Below, one piece after another: positions 43,201-47,289 of a stretch of DNA of 47,289 nucleotides. The notes beneath the pieces were generated by a model. That model worked only from the letters and a program-made list of their open reading frames with translations, had not been told where the DNA came from and did no database searches. Each line of letters opens with the position of its first letter. Position 1 is the stretch's first letter. The stretch comes from Mobula hypostoma (lineage: Eukaryota), in the NCBI RefSeq assembly GCF_963921235.1, contig NW_026948140.1, positions 682,001-729,289 on the forward strand, given 5' to 3'. The translations under genes and the position numbers were made by a program.

Positions 43201-44785
43201 TCCTGCCCTGAAATTGCTGCCCTGAATCTCAAACCCTGAAACCACAGCGCTGAATCTCATGCCCTGAATCTCATGACCTGAAACTCATGCCCTGAATCTC
43301 ATGCCCTGAATCTCCTGCCCTGAAACTTATGCCCTGAATCTCATGCCCAGAAACTCCTGCACTGAAACTCCTGCCCAGAAACTCATGCCCTGAATCTCAA
43401 GCCCTGATACTACAGCCCTGAATCTAATGCTTGAAACTACTGCCCTGAATCTCCTGCTCTGAAACTCATGCCCTGAATCACATGCCCTGAAACTCCTGCC
43501 ATGAAACTCCTGCACTGAATCTCCTGCCCTGATACTCATGCCCTGAATCTCATGCCCTGAAAGTTCTGCCCTGAAATTCCTGCCCTGAAACTGCTGCCCT
43601 GAATCTCAAGCCCTGAAACTACAGCCCTAATCTCATGCCCAGAAACTAAAGCACAGAATCTCCTGCCCTGAAACTCATGCTCTGAATCTCTTCGCTGAAA
43701 CTGATGCCCTGAATCTCATGCCCTGAAACTCCTGCCCTGAAACTCATGCCCTGATTCACATGCCCTGAATATCCTGCCCTGAATCTCCTGCCCTGAAACT
43801 CATGCCCTGAATCTCATGCCCTAAAACTCCTGCCCTGAAACATTTGCACTTACACTCTTGCCCTGAATCTCATGCCCTGAAACTCCTGCCCTGAATCTCC
43901 TTCCCTGAAACTCATGCCCTGAATCTCATGCACTGAAACTACAGCCCTGAATCTCATGCCCCGAAACTCCTGCCCCGAAACTCCTGCCCTGAAACTCCTG
44001 CCCTGAATCACATGCCCTGAATCACATGCCCTGAAACTCCGGCCCTGAAACACCTGCTCTGAAACTGCTGCCCTGAAGCTCAAGCCCTGAATCTCATGCC
44101 CTGAATCTCATGACCTGAAACTAAGGCCATGAATCTATGCCCTGAAACTCCTGCCCTGAATCTCATGCCCTGAATCTCCTGCCCTGAAACTCATGCCCTG
44201 AATCTCTTCGCTGAAACTCATGCCCTGAATCTCATGCCCTGAAACTCCTGCCCTGAAACTCATGCCCTGATTCACATGCCCTGAATCTCCTGCCCTGAAT
44301 CTCCTGCCCGGAAACTCATGCCCTGAATCTCATGCCCTAAAACTCCTGCCCTGAAACATTTGCACTTATTCTCTTGCCCTGAATCTCATGCCCTGAAACT
44401 CCTGCCCTGAATCTCCTTCCCTGAAACTCATGCCCTGAATCTCATGCCCTGAAACTTTTGCCCTGAAATTCCTGCCCTGAAATTGCTGCCCTGAATCTAA
44501 AGCCCTGAAACTACAGCGCTGAATCACATGCCCTGAAACTAAAGCCCTGAATCTCCCGCCCTGAAACTCATGCCCTGAATCACATGCCCTGAAACTCCTA
44601 CCCTGAAACTGCTGCCCTGAATCTCAAACCAGGAAACCACAGCCCTGAATCTCATGCCCTGAAACTACAGCCCTGAATCTCCTGCCATGAAACTCATGCC
44701 CTGAATCTCATGCCCTGAAAATCCTGCTCTGAAACTCCTGCCCTGAAACTCATGCCCTGAATCTCATGCTCTGAAATTCCTGCCC
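40215..44785. repeat. Higher-order repeat copy 2 (~4,570 bp, ~327 monomers)
   Basis: Markers 41294->45864 (+4570) and CATTCCATTA 40601->45171 (+4570); ORFs 40866/45436 are identical. This copy has one extra ATCTCAT monomer near 42280-42295 that is absent at the equivalent sites (~37720, ~46845). Confidence 0.93.
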
Positions 44786-47289
44786 TGATACTGCTGCCCT
44801 GAATCTCAAGCCCTGAATCTCCTGCCCTGAAACTCATGCCCTGAATCTCATGCCCTAAAACTCCTGCCCTGAAACATTTGCACTTACTCTCTTACCCTGA
44901 ATCTCATGCCCTGAAACTCCTGCCCTGAATCTCCTTCCCTGAAACTCATGCCCTGAATCTCATGCACTGAAACTACAGCCCTGAATCTCATGCCCCGAAA
45001 CTCCTGCCCCGAAACTCCTGCCCTGAAACTCCTGCCCTGAATCACATGCCCTGAAACTCCGGCCCTGAAACTTCTACCCTGAAACTGCTGCCCTGAATCT
45101 CAAACCAGGAAACCACAGCCCTGAAACTAATGCCCTGAAACTCCTGCCCTGAATCTCCTGCCCTGAAACTCATTCCATTAATCTCATGCGCTGAAACTCC
45201 TGCTCTGAAACTCCTGCCCTGAAACTCATGCCCTGAATCTCATTCCCTGAAACTCCTGCCCTGAAACACCTGCTCTGAAACTGCTGCCCTGAAGCTCAAG
45301 CCCTGAATCTCATGCCCTGAATCTCATGACCTGAAACTAAGGCCATGAATATCATGCCCTGAAACTCCTGCCCTGAATCTCCTGCCCTGAAAGTCATGCC
45401 CTGAATCTCCTGCCCTGAAAGTCATGCCCTGAATCTCATGCCCTGAAACTCATGCGCTGAATCTGATGCCCTGAAACTCCTGCCCTGAAACTGCTGCCCT
45501 GAATCTCAAACCCCGAAAACACGTCCTGAATCTCATGCCCTGAAACTGCTGCCCTGAATCTCCTGCCCTGAAACTCATGCCCTGAATCTCCTTCCCTGAA
45601 ACTCATGCCCTGAATCTGATGCCCTGAAACTCCTGCCCTGAAACTGCTGCCCTGAATCTCAAGCCCCGAAACCACAGCCCTGAATCTCACGCCCTGTAAC
45701 TGCTGCCCTGAAACACCAGCCCTGAAACTCCTGCCCTAAAACGCCTGCCCTGAATCTCCTGCCCTGAATCTCATGCCCTGAATCTCAAGCCCTGAAACTA
45801 CTGCCCTAAATTTCATGCCCTGAAACTAATGCCGTGAGTCTCTTGCCCTGAATCTCAAGCCCTGAAATTGCAGCGGTGAAACTCATTCCCTGAAACTAAA
45901 GCCCTGAATCTCTTGTGCAGAAACTCCTGCACTGAAACTCCTGCCCTGAATCTCCTGCCCTCAAACTTCTGCCCTGAATCTCCTGCCCTGAAAGTCATGC
46001 CCTGAGTCTCATGCCCAGAAACTCCTGCTCTGAAACTGCAGCCCTGAATCTCAAGGCCGGAAACCACGGCCCTGAATCTCATGCCCTGAAACTCCTCCTC
46101 TGAAACTGCTGCCCTGAATCTCAAGCCCTGAATTTCATGCCCTGAAACTCCTCTCCTGAATCTCCTTCCCTGAAACTCATGCCCTGAATCACATGCCCTG
46201 AGACCCCTGCCCTGAAACTCCTGCCCTGAATCTCTTGTGCAGAAACTCCTGCACTGAAACTCCTGCCCTGAATCTCCTGCCCTGAAGCTTCTGCCCTGAA
46301 TCTCCTGCCCTGAAAGTCATGCCCTGAGTCTCATGCCCTGAAACTCCTGCACTAAAACTACTGCCCTGAAAGTCATGCCCTGAATCTCATACCCTGAAAC
46401 TTTTGCCCTGAAATTCCTGCCCTAAAATTGCTGCCCTGAATCCCAAGCCCTGAAACTACAGCGCTGAATCTCATGCCCTGAAACTAAAGCCCTGAATCTC
46501 CCGCCCTGAAACTCATGCCCTGAATTACATGCCCTGAAACTCCGGCCCTGAAACTCCTACCCTGAAACTGCTGCCCTGAATCTCAAACCAGGAAACCACA
46601 GCCCTGAATCTCATGCCCTGAAACTACAGCCCTGAATCTCCTGCCATGAAACTCATGCCCTGAATCTCATGCCCTGAAACTCCTGCCCTGAAACTCCTGC
46701 CCTGAAACTCATGCCCTGAATCTCATGCTCTGAAACTCCTGCCCTGAAACTCCTGCCCTGAAACTCATGCCCTGAATCTCATGCTCTGAAACTCCTGCCC
46801 TGAAACTCCTGCTCTGAAACTGCTGCCCTGAAGCTCAAGCCCTGAATCTCATGACTTGAAACTAAAGCCCTGAATATCATGCCCTGAAACACCAGCCCTG
46901 AAACTGCTGCCCTGAATCACATGCCCTGAAAATCCTGCCCTGATTCTCATGCCCTGAAATTCCTGCCCTGAAACTCATGCCCTGAATCACATGCCCTGAA
47001 ACTCCTGCCCTGAATCTCCTGCCCTGAAACTCATGCCCTGAATCTCATGCCCTGAAATTCCTGCACTGAAATTCCTGCCCTGAAATTGCTGCCCTGAATC
47101 TCAAGCCCTGATACTACAGCCCTGAATCTAATGCTTGAAACTAAAGCTCTGAATCTCCTGCTCTGAAACTGCTGCCCTGAATCACATGCCCTGAAACTCA
47201 TGCCCTTCTGCCCTGAAACTCCTGCCCTGAATCTCCTGCCCTGAAACTCATGCCCTGAATCTCATGCACTGAAATGTCTGCCCTGAAAT
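44786..47289. repeat. Higher-order repeat copy 3 (partial, truncated by window end)
   Basis: Collinear with ~40215-42725 through the markers CATTCCATTA (45171), GAAATTGCAGCGGTGA (45864), GAGACCCCTG (~46200), CTAATGCTTGA (~47128) and GAAATGTCTG (47271). Confidence 0.92.

Larger units (their letters stand above)
1..47289. repeat. 14-bp tandem satellite array, consensus GCCCTGAAWCTCMT, ~3,380 monomers, head-to-tail, truncated by both window edges
   Basis: The core GCCCTGAA (or a close variant) recurs every 14 bp throughout the window. Two positions are commonly dimorphic (A/T after GAA; A/C before the final T), giving AACTCAT, AACTCCT, ATCTCAT and ATCTCCT forms. No inversion or unique insert seen. 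The + strand is C-rich, and the consensus has no CpG. Confidence 0.99.

Noticed and set aside
117..46124. Dozens of minus-strand ORFs of 60-145 aa encoding 'MRFRAGVSGHEIQG'-type repeats
   Set aside because: A 14-bp unit yields a 14-aa period every 42 bp. The + strand has TGA in nearly every monomer, closing all frames. The minus strand usually hits a stop only when a CTCA-type monomer falls in one frame, so short open stretches arise by chance. No unique domains or gene context.
1..47289. CRISPR-like array (constant GCCCTGAA plus variable 6-mer)
   Set aside because: The constant part is 8 bp and the variable part is 6 bp drawn mostly from four related forms. There are no unique spacers of CRISPR length, no leader and no cas genes.
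1..47289. Monomer as a diverged dimer of a 7-bp unit
   Set aside because: The two halves (e.g. GCCCTGA and AWCTCMT) share little identity in the registers I tried; only a short CCTG duplication appears in C-type monomers.
1..47289. Embedded mobile element, inversion or RNA gene
   Set aside because: I saw no departure from the monomer longer than about two units, no switch to TTCAGGGC on the + strand, and no tRNA/rRNA-like or terminal-repeat sequence.

Overview
The whole 47,289-bp window is one uninterrupted, single-orientation tandem array of a 14-bp satellite monomer, consensus GCCCTGAA(A/T)CTC(A/C)T (minus strand A(T/G)GAG(T/A)TTCAGGGC), roughly 3,380 copies (47,289/14). I see no genes, RNA genes, transposons, CRISPR spacers or unique sequence; all listed ORFs are translation by-products of the repeat. 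The array is layered. About 1-26.5 kb is a mostly four-variant domain with a preferred local order and no long-range period that I can detect by eye. About 26.5-35.65 kb is a mosaic transition zone. About 35.66-47.29 kb holds ~2.5 near-identical copies of a ~4.56-kb (~326-327 monomer) higher-order repeat (HOR) rich in diverged monomers, with nested older periods of about 56, 140, 322 and 518 bp. This resembles eukaryotic centromeric, pericentromeric or (sub)telomeric satellite DNA. The organism and chromosomal position cannot be determined from the window, and part of the layering could be an assembly or polishing artefact. I found no protein-coding system; the notable signal is the repeat architecture.
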